A stretch of DNA of 64,000 bases, from the NCBI GenBank assembly GCA_964016885.1, contig OZ024741.1, positions 178,684,001 to 178,748,000 of the forward strand, in the 5' to 3' direction. The position numbers and the translations under genes are program-made. Positions 26,063-39,960 of the stretch are shown piece after piece. Position 1 is the first letter of the stretch. Each line of letters starts with the position of its first letter. The stretch comes from Eledone cirrhosa (lineage: Eukaryota). The notes under the pieces were generated by a model. The model worked only from the letters and a program-made list of their open reading frames with translations. It was not told where the DNA came from and did no database searches.

Positions 26063-26199
26063 CAGTTTTCAATTTGACTTGCTATCTATCGTATGCTATT
26101 ACTCTGAGCTCCAACCTCATCGAGTGCTTGGCTGCATAATCCTGATTGTGTATCGTAAGCTTGGCTACAACCAAAACTTCGATCTTACTAAACTTCCAT
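25802..26199. mobile_element. Inverted pair (25802-25942 / 26059-26199) with a (CA)n(TA)n centre and (TA)n flanks
   Basis: ~141 bp near-identical reverse complements; arm resembles the tail at 53626-53687. Confidence 0.85.
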
Positions 26200-26206
26200 T
26201 TATATA

Positions 26207-26254
<48 letters not shown>

Positions 26255-27284
26255 AGAGAGGGATGCCTGATTGTTGGTGCATTACCTACGCAATCCCGAT
26301 TAGTCAACATGTTTACTCTAAGTATATATATATATGATAGGTTTATCATTACGAACTTTATGCAGTTATTAATTTATATAATAGGTTAACTTTGTCTTTC
26401 ATCCTTACAGGGTCGATAAAATAAAAGTACTAGTAATTGCTGGCCTTGTGCCAATGTAGAAACAATTAATTTATCTAATGGTATGCTTCACAACACGCGG
26501 TTTCAGATTCTTACTGCGTTTTACTGCTAAGTGTATTCTAATATAGCGACGCGTTGACCAATGCATTGTGAGTGCAATTGTTTGCCAGCAACTGCGTCGA
26601 AATTCATCATATAAACACATGTTTGAATGTGTGTGTCTATGTTTTCATTCACTGCTTGTTTACGTCGCGTTAATTAGGATTACAATAAAAAGAAATCGAT
26701 AAAAACAAATATCGGAATTTGAAAAATATAAGTACTGGGATTGCTAAGATCATGTAAAATCTCTTGAAAATAGTTTGTTATTATGCCTTCAGTCCAATGA
26801 TTAGAACTAATAAAAAAATGAATGTAATATAATGTGTTTCCAATGCATTTAATTTACGTTAGTTTGTTTACATCTCATAATTTGCTGCAAGAAAGCGTGT
26901 TTCTGCAAGAGAAAGCGCGTTACCTAGTGGTTAAGGCTGTGTCCTTAATGTTGTGCAGCAAATGTTTCTGTTCACTCAGTTGGGGGTTAAACCTGCTTTG
27001 GCCTGCAGTCCTATTCTGTGTGAGTTTTTTACTTTCAGTTGCATAATGCCAATGAAACTGCAATAAGCTCTGGGTTGCGGCGACTCACTAGTGCATCACG
27101 AGATTTAATTAGGTGAGTCAGAAAACTGATAAAAATTATATTTTAACAGATCTCATGGAGAAACTCCACTAAACTTATAAATATAAAGTCTTCATAACGT
27201 ATTTATTTCATAAAGATTTGAATACTCGATAATATTTCTAATTCAAATTATTTATATTCATTGAAAGCAAAGATGTGTGTTTAG

Positions 27285-27585
27285 TTTGCTTGGCTCACGA
27301 TCGTAGGGTCTTGAGTTCGATTCCCGAACTAGACGGCGTCTTGTGTCCTTGAGCAAGACACTTTATTTCACCTTGCTCCTGTCCACGCAACTATTAAAAG
27401 TAAGATCTATCTGTAAGTCAATGGGCCAGTACTATCACCCAATGTGTCACGCTATATCCCTATGTTATGGATGCATGTCTCTATGGAATGCCCAGCCACT
27501 AGCATATTAATTTCAGTAGCAGACTGTTCCGTTGATTGAATCAACTAGGGAACAATTCGCCGGGAACGATGGCGCTCCAGTAACA
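27285..27585 (+). mobile_element. tRNA-derived SINE, second family; relatives at ~37110-37470, ~40580-40660 and 41178-41440
   Basis: gagttcgattccc box B; tgtccttgagcaagacactttatttcac..tgctcc.gtccac core. Confidence 0.75.
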
Positions 27586-28342
27586 TGCATTGACTAAGTT
27601 ATACACAAATTTATTTTTAATATATTTTTTAACTTAACATATTAAGTGCACCAAAATATTTTAATTTCCTCTAAACTGCACTGGGTGAAAATAGTTTGGG
27701 GTCTACTGGTTTATTATAAGCATTGAAAGGCGGGTATGAAAAAAAGCTCGAACTCTTATTATTGCTACATGGATTGCTATCAACTTTTCCTTTCATGAGC
27801 GTGTGTGTCTGTATATGTGTGTAATACTATAAATCTAATCTCGTTAATAGAGTAATTCAGTAAAGATTATAGAAAAGTTTCAGTTTAAAATCAAACTGTT
27901 CTGCAAAGACTACAAACGTACGTTGCTACTAATTTAATCTTCCCTGGTGAGATGACAATTCAAATGTGATCTTGCAGGATTCCAATTGTTAACTGATAAT
28001 ATAGAATGTATGCAGTCTATAACATCTCATATTTGATAACTATTGTTAATAAAAAGAAAATCAACAAATATCAGCTGCTTCACCTATTTATTTTTTTCTT
28101 CGCCTGAAAGCGAAGTGACAGTTATAATATATAATCACGTATCAAATGGAAATTTCTAAAACTTGATGCGATTATTCTCTTTCGATAGCACGACAATCTC
28201 ACTTTTAATGATGCTGCAATATTATATTCCATAATTCACGACTGTTTTATTCATGAAAATACCATGCAAGGCCTATGGTATATTGGTTATATATGGAGGT
28301 CTTGTTTCAGAATTACATAGCGCGTTAGGATGTATAGCATGT

Positions 28343-28376
<34 letters not shown>

Positions 28377-28573
28377 GTAGATGCGTGTGTAGGTGCAATT
28401 ATATGCGAACGAAGAGAGCAATCAACACAATGTAAATTTTCATGATAGGCATTAAGAGTTTGAGCATTACCACTGATTTTGTCAGTCACAAAGAAACATA
28501 TTTAGAGATGCCTTGTGAAATACACACATACGCACAATCACACACACAAACACACAGACACATGCACATACAC

Positions 28574-28704
<131 letters not shown>

Positions 28705-28714
28705 TGTGTGTGTA

Positions 28715-29880
28715 TCATCTGCAATTTTAGTTTCGATAGCGCCGATTGGCAACATGTCAAGCTTCCAGTGAGTTTTGGTGGCCTTGGCCTCTGATCCGCA
28801 TGAAATTTGGCACGGCAGGCCTATCTCCCCCAGTTGCACTCTCATCAGAAAGGTCCTCAGGAAGACGGACAAACTTGACGTGGCCCTGGAACTTGAGAAA
28901 GCTCTGGCCGGCTGGTCAGGCGAAGGCCTCTCTGTCCCCCAGTATACAAATGTCCAACGTAACTGGGACGACATAAAGTGAAGGTTTTCCTTCAGGTGAT
29001 TCCTGTGCGACTTGGACCAACACCACCCCGCATGCCTCAGATCCACTTCGTATCCAAAAAGGGTCCGTGACTCAAGTCAGTGCCCTCCTCAACAACAGTT
29101 ATCTTTCCTGATGACGAGTGCACCAGCATCGGAGTGCCCCAACGCCTCAGCCTGCACGTGTGTGAGCCACAAAAATGCGGTCGCGGGGCTGTCGTTGACA
29201 TGTTTGACCTGTACATACTGTCACGGCACCAGAGCGCGCGTCTGTTCCCTCGACATGTCGCTCTCACTGATATCCAGAAGGAACTTGAATGCAGTCAGCT
29301 TTCCATCACAACTGGAACCAGCGGGTCTCGAACGTGCGGACGGCAAGCTCCCCGACGGAATTACCCTCTTCCCATTTGAAGGAGATAAATCCCTCATCTG
29401 TGACACGTTCCCACCTTCAATTTAGTCGCTTCGGCCACAAACACCGGTGCCGCGGCCGGCAATGTAGAGAACAGGAAGACAAGCAAATACCGGGGCTTCT
29501 TCGGTTGCTTCCTTTTTGCACTGAGACCTCAGGCACCCTCAGAACCCGGACAGCCGAGCTCCTCCGCAAAATTGGTACGTCAGCAGGCCCGTCTGAAAAG
29601 GTGGCCCCGCGAGGTGGGTGGCTGTTGAAGTAGGGTTTGCTGGCCATTGTCCGCGGAAATGCCTTTGCATTTCCGCGCAGCCGAAACACCTCCCCGACCT
29701 AGGCGTAGAGTCTGTTACCCTCTCCGATTCCCCCTCTTTCTTACGTTGCCTAATAATGCTTGCTCTTTTCCTCCTTTTTTTCACAATTATGCCATTTATA
29801 TTCCTGTCCTTTGCTTTCCTATACAACCAGATCTGCCCGTCTTTACTCCGCCCCTTTACTTGTCATTATTATCTTTCTTT
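28715..29880 (+). mobile_element. CRE-clade (RLE) non-LTR retrotransposon 3' fragment, degenerate
   Basis: LPVSFGGLGL; Zn-finger-like VCEPQKC..RH; LEPAGLERADGKLPDGITLFPF (RLE PD motif); LAIVRGNA end motif. Confidence 0.8.
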
Positions 29881-29901
29881 TTAATATTTCCAACATTGTG
29901 A

Positions 29902-30110
29902 GGGCGGTGGATTGGCAGTATCGGTAGAGGGTCGGACGCCATGCTTTGCAGCATAGAGTTACGGCCCTTTATGATCTGAGTTCAAATCCCGCCGAGGTTA
30001 ACTTTGCCTTTCATCCTTACGGGGTCGATAAAATAAAGTACCAGTCACGCACTGGGTCGATTTAATCGACTTTCCCCTCCCCAAAATTGTTGGCCTTGTG
30101 CCTCTATAAG
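29902..30110 (+). mobile_element. Full-length tRNA-derived SINE; further copies at 26385-26465, 30545-30730, 43020-43235, 48090-48185, 49847-50020 (-), 51431-51622 and 58782-58960 (-)
   Basis: gggcggtggattggcagtatcggtagag..gagttcaaatcccgccgagg..gcctttcatccttacggggtcgataaaataaagtaccag. Confidence 0.9.
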
Positions 30111-30203
30111 ACACCAATATTTCCATCATTGTATTCTCTCTATAAAATATATTGACATAATATGTATAACAGATAACAAAATAAAATAAGAAATGCAATT
30201 AAT

Positions 30204-30237
<34 letters not shown>

Positions 30238-31713
30238 GTGTATGTGTGTGTGTGTGTACATATACATATAATTGTATTTCAACGTTACTTTGCATTTCCT
30301 TTTTTTTTTTTTCAAAAATACTGACTGATCAGGTAGGAGGCTGGAAAATGTTTTCGAATATCATTCGACAGTATTGTTGTACGTCGGTGATACGGCTGGA
30401 ATCATACCACCATAGGAACCTACGGGTGAATAATGGGCGTTACACCCGGTGACTACAATAGCCAGAACAAATACCGTAATGCATCATATTCAAAGCTCTT
30501 TTATTGACTCCGTCAGTCCTATACCTGAAACTGCAGCATTAACAGGTGGATTGGCCGTATCGCTTCAGGGTCAGACGCCATGCTATGCAGCATTGATTTA
30601 CGGCCCTTTATGATCTGAGTTCAAATCCCGCCGAGGTTAACTTTGCCTTTCATCCTTACGGAGTCGATAACAAGAAGTACCAGTAATGTACTGGGTAATT
30701 GCTGGCCTTGTGCCAAACGTAGAAACAATTATTATATATTTAAATGGTTCATTAATAGAATGAACAGACCATAAAACTAATTCATGATTGTTGTTACCAT
30801 TGTGAGAAATATATCGTTTGATATATTTAACATTACAATACCATAAGCATAAGTTTCACAACGTTAAAGTACCGGTTATGCACTGGGATAATTGCTGGCC
30901 TTGTGCCAAAAGTAGAAACAGTTATTTATCAGCATCGAAAGAATAAAAAGCAATGTTGGCCGTATCGCAATTTGAACTCGCAATTAAGTTAAAGAAAAAT
31001 ATAATATATAGGAAGATACAAGGGCATCGCGTTTTATGTATAAATATATGAATAAATGTATTGAATAGTTAAAAGTTCTAAATATTTAAAGCATTTCATA
31101 TATTTAAATTTAATCTCGTAGTGGCTAAATAGAGATAAAGAATTAAAGTTTAAAGCTGACCCCTTTTGTATTTTCAATAACATTTATTTTTTTCTTGTTT
31201 GCATAAATTTTCTTATTTTTCCCTCTTTTTTGGTAATTTCCTTTTCTCCTGTGTTTCTCTTAAATTTATCATTACAATGTCTTTTATGCTTTCTTTTATG
31301 TTCTTCTACTTCCACTCTTTGTAATTTTCATAAAATGCATAAAGCTTTAGAGTATATTTTTCTAAGACTAAATTTAAATATATTAAATAATTTAAACATT
31401 TATTACGACTATTAATTACTAAATACATATATTCATATATTTATTCATAAAGTTTAAAATCCTTTTTATTTTCCAATATAAAATTTGTTGATTCCTTTTC
31501 TTTTACCTAGTTTATAAGAATCTAGTAACTCTGTCTTCTCATTTTTAATGTAATTAATTTCTATTTGAAGCCGATTTTACACAATTCTCTAAAGTTTAGT
31601 TGCACCGTCTCCCTCGTAAACACAAAATCGGAAAATCGAGAATATATTACACAATGTATTATGGAAAGTATTTATGTAATTCATTATTTCTGTCGTTATC
31701 ATTTTCACTTTTA

Positions 31714-32464
31714 CTAGCAGTGGTACCCGGCGTTGCACGGGATAAGATATTTTGGAACGCGGGCCGCCAACAGACCTAATCGTGGAAAAACTGCATGCCT
31801 GGACAGTAGGTAAAGAAAATAAACCGAATACTCTGATGGCTGGATAATCTAAAATTTTCCTCGATGAAGAAGGAAAAAGGCAGGTTTTCACCTAATGCGG
31901 GCCCTAGGGGATCAAGAAAATGAGTTTTTTTTATGTGCATAATATGCCTTGAAATTTCGGGGAAAACGGCTAGACGTAACGCCTCAAAAAAGCCCTAAAA
32001 AGCTGAAAAAAGGTTTTTCACCTAATGCGGGCCCTAGGCCATAAAAAAGTTGGATTTTCTTTGTTCACAATATGAAGAACAGACTGACTAATACATAGTT
32101 ACAATTTTAAGGAAATCTATCTGATGTAACGCCTTAAAAAAACCCATAAAAACCTGGAAAAACGCAGTTTTTCACCTAATGCGGGCCATAGGAGATCAAA
32201 AAGTGGAATTGTTTTATGTGCATAACACTCCCTGAAATATAAGTAATACACATGTAAAGTTTGAATAAGATCGGTTGGGTACTTCTCGGGTTTCACACAC
32301 ACACACACACTCACACACACACACATACACACATACAGACATACACACATACACACATACATACATACATACATACATACATACATACATACATACATAC
32401 ATACATACATACATACATACATACATGCTTCCTTAGTTTTATATACTGTATATACATATATAGA
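31714..32464 (-). mobile_element. Non-autonomous Helitron
   Basis: A|TC 5' end at 32464; 3' hairpin cccg-tgcaacgc-cggg then CTAG|T at 31714; internal (CATA)n and three ttttcacctaatgcgggcc subrepeats. Confidence 0.85.
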
Positions 32465-32990
32465 TTAAAATAACAGATTAAAGTTTAAGCAAAGAATCGT
32501 TGCTTTCACCCTTATCGGGATCTTCTGAAACTAACAACATCAATCTGTGAACGCAGAAGTAAATATTTCGAAAAACGTTGCAACCGAAGGAAAACAGGAA
32601 GACGATACTTTGGTTCGTGAAGACGTTCCCTGGCAATGAACGGATAATAGAGAACATAATACGTCATCAATGTTCGTCAGAATGTCGTAATGCAGACAGC
32701 CAGGCATAGAGACAGATATTATAAGAGCGCGAGAGAGATGGATAACCGGCGCCTAAAACCCCTTTAACAAGAGAAAAGTGAAAAATAAAAGCTGCAGTTA
32801 ATATCTTTAGACAGCAAGGAATATATAAATGCACGTTTGAAGTCAATCGGAGTAGAAATGTGGATTTGTATAGACTTTGCAAAAATGAGGACACACACAC
32901 GGACACAGACAACATCAGTTTTATATATATAGATTACGCTATGCCTGCTACTACTACTATTACTACTAGTACTATTATTATTATTATTTT

Positions 32991-34620
32991 CTTGGAGTCT
33001 CAGTCATTGATGTTATTTAACTGGAAAGTTTGTTCAAATGAATATCAAGCCGCTACCTACAGCCTCAGATATTCAGGACGTATCAGAGGGTTCTTGCTGT
33101 TCCCAGCATGCGCCTATGATAATTGGCAGTTCCAAATCCTTTTTACCTTCCACTTTAAGTCCTGGTATCGGTTAATTTTCTCCCTCTCCTTTTCTTGCAC
33201 TCTCGTGTCAAATGGGCAGGCTACATCTACAATCAGGCATGATCTTTTTTCCTTGTCCAAAACCACTAGGTCAGGCCAGTTTCTTGTCCGTCTGTATCCT
33301 AAAATCCCACAGCACCTTCACCTGATCGTTTTCTATCACCGACTCTTGCTTATGCTCATACCACTTCTCAGAATGCGCTAAATTGTTTACTTTGCATAGA
33401 TGCCAGTGGATCACCCTGCCCATGACATCATGTCTCCAGCCTTTATAGTGAGTCTGGGCTAGGTGTTTACACTCGGATACAATATGAGCCACAGTCTCCT
33501 CTCTCTCTCTCCACAGATCCTACACAGTGGGCTAGCCTCCGCCTTGTAAATATGATGTTTCACCCACTTCGTTCTGAGGGCCTGCCTTGCGCAGCCATTA
33601 GCATTCCTTCTGTAGCCTTTTTAAGATCTCCTCTTTTTAACCAATTCCATGTCTGTGGATCTCTGAATTCAGTTTTCTCAAAGAAGGTACTATGAAGGGA
33701 TTTTTCATGAAGGTTGTTCTTCCTCCTTGCTGTTATTTCCTTCCTGGACATCCCCTGGTCTATTGTCCTCTCCTTCAGTACAATACTGAGCATTGGTTCC
33801 CTACTGTCAGTCACGTATTTGTGCAGGTTGTTTTTCTCCATCTGAACATAGTCCTCTATGCTGATAAGACCTCTTCCACCTTCAGATCTTTTTAAGTAGA
33901 GTCTATCGACATCACTACTCTTGTCGAACATGTTGTAGATAGTCAATAGCTTCCTAGTCTTCCTAGTCTTAATCCAATACCCCTGCACACCATCTGGGCC
34001 TGGTGATTTCCAGTTGGTTAGTTTTCTGGCCTGCCCCTTAAGAGTTTCAACTGTGATACTCAAATCAGTTTGTTGGTGTGCCTGTTCACTAATCTCCTTT
34101 TGTACTGCCTGATCATTATGTTCAACATCCTGTTCCCATATTCCTCTCCAGAATGTCTTAGTTTGTTCTGTCTCAGGGACAAGTCGTTGCCTCTTTCTTT
34201 CCCTTCAAGCTGGCCAAACAACATCCTCTGGTTGTTGTCAAACATGCGGTTCTGTCTATACTAACTGACTCTGCTCTCGTATGGCCTAATCTTCGCGCTC
34301 TTTGCTACAATGCGTTGCTTCAGTTCCTCTATGATAATATTTAGCTTTTTCCTCCTAGTTTTGTACTTTATTTCCAGTCTATTTTTAGTGTCTATGTTTT
34401 GTAGTGTCCCATTCAGTAGGGACTCAAGTTTTCCAATGTCATTTCTCATTTCCCTGATTTGACCATTCAGTCGTTTCTTCCACCAAGGTTCTGATCTTTC
34501 TTGTTTGTTGTTACCTCTCGCTTTTATGCCAAGTAATTTCCTCACCGCATTTGCTGTTTCTTTGAGGATATTGTTGCACTGGTGAAGGTTCCTCGCCTCA
34601 AGGTATGGGATGACTTTGTT
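32991..34620 (-). mobile_element. R4/Dong-clade non-LTR retrotransposon, RT core deleted, ending in (TAA)n
   Basis: EPWWKKRL; WKSPGPDGVQGYWIK; DVDRLYLKRSEGGRGL; HIVSEC..LAQ..Y..RHD; LWDFRIQTD RLE motifs; (TAA)-type repeat immediately 3'. Confidence 0.88.
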
Positions 34621-35052
34621 TACCATCAGTCGAGCAGTCAGCCGACAATCGCTACGCACCATCTGCCTGACGCGCTCAACGTCGACCTCAGTCCTGGTTG
34701 TTGAGGGCCTTCCGCTCTTGGGGTCATCTTGCACCACTCAAAAACACGTGAGCGGGACATCGTCTCATCTCCATATACTTGCTGCAGCAATCCCAGTGCT
34801 TCTGACGGAGTTTTCCCCAACCGTACCAGAAACTTCAAGTTTGTTCGTTGCTCTGTGCTCATTGCTTAACGACCTGAAACAGAGGACATGTATATAAATT
34901 TATGAAGAAAAAAGTTTGATTGCTGCAAAGAGCTAAGATTACAGTTACATACTCCAGGGGATTACGTTAAAGGAGAAAACTCTTAGTGTGAAATTTGGGT
35001 TTGAAATAAATCTTTTGTGACATCAGTCCTGGAACTTTTCTGACACACCTCG
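34621..35052 (-). mobile_element. Mariner transposon 5' part (TIR and HTH)
   Basis: TA|CGAGGTGTGTCAGAAAAGTTCC TIR; MSTEQRTNLKFLVRLGKTPSEA..VYGDETMSRSRVFEWC..DDPKSGRPST. Confidence 0.88.
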
Positions 35053-37486
35053 TATATATATATATATATTATATATTATATATTATATATATATATATAT
35101 GGAATCGCGTGAGCACCGTTGGAACGCGTTCTGCATCTTACACAATCATGTTCCAGGTCTCATGTCTCCACTAACAATTTGCCTGTTCAATTTTTAATTT
35201 TGGCTGTCCATTTTCGGAGTCTCCGAAGTCCACTCCTTGTGAATTGATAATGAATTTGGGAACTAACAAAATTACTAATGTAACAAACAGTCATTCTTTT
35301 CCTTTTTATTTTCCTTCTTCCATCTTTTACCTTCTACCGCATATCTCTCAATTCCCTTCCGACATATTGCCTTCGTAATTCAAATCCACCTGAAATGTAT
35401 GGCTTCTTAAGTATACTCTATTTTAATTTTCAAATATATATAATTAATCATGTAGTGTTTATGCCTTTCTCGATTGCGTAATTTTGTGTAAATGTTAAAA
35501 CCAAGGTACGAAACCTAGACACATTCTCTCTTCTCCGGAAACTACATCATTCGTCATGTATGTGTGTATGTTTGACATTGCTATGTGTTCGTATATGAGT
35601 GTCTGTGTCTACATTCACGTGTGTCAGAGTAATCACAGATCTCACTATACTATTCCCATTGAAATATTCATCAAAACAACAGCGGGTTTTAGAAACAGGA
35701 GACATTTATTGAAATTCGGAAAACAACAAAATTATGAAGTTTGAATTTCCTTTTAGAAATGAATATATTGCGTGAGAGAAAGGGAAATGAGTTCTGTGAA
35801 CAATACTTATTTTATCTGTTCAAATTTTAAAGATACGAAACTAAAATGTCTAAAGTTTTCAAATCTTTTGACACGACTTCGTCTTTGAAAAATATGAATA
35901 GTGTTAAATATAACATCTGTTTTCTACTTTATTGATAAACAAACCAAGACAGAAGACTTTACATTTCATCTTAATATAATCAGATGAGTTAAGATCACCG
36001 TAGAGTTTGCAATTAGCTTATTTCCAGTAGACTCAGCTGTGTATGTTTTATAAGTAATCGAAACCATCTTGTTCATTTAAATCACAGATGATGATCAAGC
36101 TGCAGTCAATGGTCTGTAAAAGTTTGGTTTCCAGCTGGCTCTAAGGCCCCAACATCATGGGACCCTCTTCGTAGTGACTGGATCTGGTAGAAAAAGTAGC
36201 TAAATCTTCTTGACCTTTTATACTCTACCATCTAAATAAATGAAACGACACGTTTCATGGGGAGATCCTAAGTACATAAAATTAAAAAGTACCAAAGATC
36301 ATAATTGATCGTCGCTGCAGGCCTTGGTTGGTTTGGCGAATCATTTGTCGCAAACTTTTAAGTTCTGCGATGCTTTGGTTTTTTTCTTCAAAATGTTCTA
36401 CACCGATCTCGATGAGATGAAGCCACATTCTGTCTTCTGCGTGTTGTTCTCGGGACTAGGACCGATGCTGGTGCTCTTGGTCGTCTATTTCAACTGGTCT
36501 TTCTAACATTGCTTGGGGAGGCCGCTTGATTTCTTGCTGTGATGAGAACGTTGTAGAGGATTTGACAAGATAATCTGGTACTATTCACACTAAAACACAC
36601 GCCCCGATATAAAATTAGGAACTGTGAATATCACATCTGCCTTTATGGGCATCAGCGCACATGGAGGTGAAAGCCACACTTCTTGTTTGCCGGAAAATTG
36701 TGCTACCATTTACGCCAATGTACCCAACTACATTCTTCCTATTTTTAGTGGCTTTAACTTAATCGCGATAGATAAACAAATAAAGCGCCTATGTTAAAAA
36801 TAATGAAAGAAGGTGGGTGACTGAAACCAGTAAAGGAATGATGTGATATTGGCATTTAACCATTATTCAAATGTTCGTCCCAAGATTCCATTGGCAATAA
36901 ATGACCGGAAGTAAAAGACTACGTACGAGCTATTTTTTTTTCGGAGCTGATACTTGTACTATCACCTAAACTAACGTGAAGCAATGTCTCTTGCTGAAAA
37001 ACAGAGGGCACCACCCGGTCTGTGTATTCGTCTCACGGCCTTATGATCAAGATTTCGACAGCCTATCTACAAAGCTACGTGCCCTCAACTAATTTCTGAT
37101 GTATTACAATGGACGTAAACATGGCTGAATAGTTAAGAAGTTTATTTCCCAGTTATGAGACACCGCGTTCTCTCTTACTGCTTGGCATATTGGGTAACTG
37201 TCTTTATCATCGCCTCGAGGTCGTGAGGGAAATCGGGTAGACGGAAACTGTGTGGAAGACTGTCAGAAGGATTGTACGTGTAATTCAAAAGTCCAGCCTT
37301 CCACACGTACCTCTACACGAGAATTACGTTAAGGGTACACGCATCTGAAGAAACATCGAGCAATTATATGTTTATTCATGAGTAGGACGTTCAGTTTTCC
37401 GAACGACTGGATGCTCATCGTCGAAATCGATGGAGGGCCGATCATCCTCATCATCAACCATAATAAATACACCAAGCGTGTTTCTG

Positions 37487-37618
<132 letters not shown>

Positions 37619-37866
37619 GTGGTCTACCTTTCGCGGTAGAGTTAGAATTCAATGTAATCCGTTAACATGTAGTTCAGTGAGATCCTGTGATTGGATCCGT
37701 TGGATATTAGGTATGAAAATCATAGGTTTGTATTTCGCAAATCTTTCACATACAAGGTCTGATAAATTACAATGATAACAAAAGCAAGTTATTTTACATA
37801 TCTCATTCAATGAATATGCAAAATAACATGCCTTTGTTAACATTGTTAAATAAACTAATATATATG

Positions 37867-37939
<73 letters not shown>

Positions 37940-37944
<5 letters not shown>

Positions 37945-39960
37945 GGATACTATTTATAGTTATGTATATTTTAAACTTTTTATAGTTATGTATATTTTAA
38001 ACTATAAACAGGGAATACCTTATTACCAGTAAGATAAATACCTCAATGTAATAACATACAGAGCAGTTATATAGAGTTCACAAGAATCAAAGCTATGTTC
38101 AAAGCATTTATTCACTTACAATTGTCTCATCCAAACCTAGGCTTGGTGTCTTCGGAGCATGTTTCAATGCTTGTACATATAATTAACCTCCTATCCAACG
38201 CAAAAGACATACAGATACATATATATATATATTGATGTACAGTGGAGTGACATATATTATGCCATACTATATTTGTACAGCAATTCAAATTCAAAGTCAA
38301 AATTAAAATTAAAATTAAAATACATGCGGCAGATAACACAGATAATGCAAGAGGATAGTTTGATAGTCAGATCTAGTAGATAGTGTATGCGTTAGTCATA
38401 CATGGTGCATGCAAGTGTGTCTCATTTATTTACGAGTATTGTGTGGCAAGGTGTTACATGTAATGCAAGAACTTTAAGCGGGTAAGCAAGAGTATTATGG
38501 TGGTTGTAGAGGTAGGGTATTTTTTGTATAGATCAAAAAAGTATGTGTGCAGAAAAATAAAAAGAAAAAGAAAGTTATAGTTTTCTCATCCCCCACCATT
38601 TTCAGATTCAGAAAAAGGAAGTTATAGTTTTTACAACCATCACATAAGTTACGATGAATTCGTATTGAATGTTTGATGTAGTAAATGATTGTAACATATT
38701 GAAGCTCGGTGTTATTTAATCCATATTTATAGAATAGGTTCTTTCTGCTGCGAGAATTTACAGTGGTTTATTATCCGGAAGTAGGTGTGTAATTAAGGGG
38801 AGTTAATGCGTAAGGGGAGGTAACTGGCTGATTCTCATAACTAAATTCATTGTTCTAACATACATTATATGGTGCCTCAATTGAGTCCCTTATATAAAAG
38901 GTTATATATTTATATCTAATTTTAAATACAGTCTACTGTATCATAATGTATTAAAGGTATCTATAGGAAGTTGATTACTCCTTATTATATAGCGCTATAA
39001 TTGAATTTCCCACACAAAGTGCCATATCTTTATATCAAAATTCACTGCAAATACAGTCTACTCTCAAAACATAAATGACCAATTAGAATTTTGTCTACCT
39101 AACCCCCGGTAAGCTATGGAGCAGCGTACGGCTGTTTGCATGATAAAATCAAATACATCTCTTGGGTAAACAAATACATCCCTCATTCACAATGTCATTA
39201 ATCTATCCATCAAGTTATACATGCATATATAACTCATATATAATTAATTGCACTACCCTACATATAAGTTAGACAGATCCCTTATGTTAATAAATTAATC
39301 CTATATATATCTGATGTTATTACTCTATACATTTAATTACAGATGCATATATAATTCACTGCCGTATCTAGTATTTAAAGTTTATATAGACTGTATTATA
39401 TTTCAGTCACTATATAATTATAAGTAATTTAAATTATATTAAAAGTTGGTGTTTATGGGGATATTTCTAGGGTATAAAGTTATTGATAGATAGAATGATT
39501 TGTGTCGAGGGAAGGGTGGATGAGAGAGTGTGGTGTAGTGGTGTAAGGCATGCGATTGAGGTGTGGCGTTAGACGCGGTGATGGGTTCAAGTCTGACATT
39601 GTAATATATTGGGTTTAAAGCTTTGGAAGGAGTGTCGGAAGCGGTGCTGGCACGATGCAAACACTTCCGAGTTTTATTAAGGAGGTTAAGGTTTGAAAAG
39701 ATTATAGTATGAGTCTCTAGTAGACAGAGGTTACAGAATTTATTAGGTGGTTTGTACGATGCCGCCTTACCTATCACTTCCCATTGAAGTGTATATGATC
39801 TATTTCTAGTTTTCAGACTCTAAAATATATACACCATTCCATAAACCTAACGAAAAACTAATTTACGTAGATACCAAGTCTAACCACCCTAGATCAATAT
39901 TAAACTCTATCTCTAAAGGAATATCCAATAGAATCTCTAATCTAGTCTGTAACTCTTTAA
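37940..39960 (-). mobile_element. Second Penelope-like element remnant with an internal inversion
   Basis: GIY-YIG C-terminus (-) LKTRNRSYTLQWEVIGKAASY..CNLCLLE..LNK at ~39620-39820; RT thumb (+) KIYTPFHKPNEKLIYVDTKSNHPRSILNSISKGISNRIS at 39822-39955; decayed hammerhead 38102-38172 (-); (TA)n at the 3' end. Confidence 0.8.

Noticed and set aside
35190-35245. ggagt..actcc GAAA hairpin (-)
   Set aside because: No CUGANGA-like strand and no stem I
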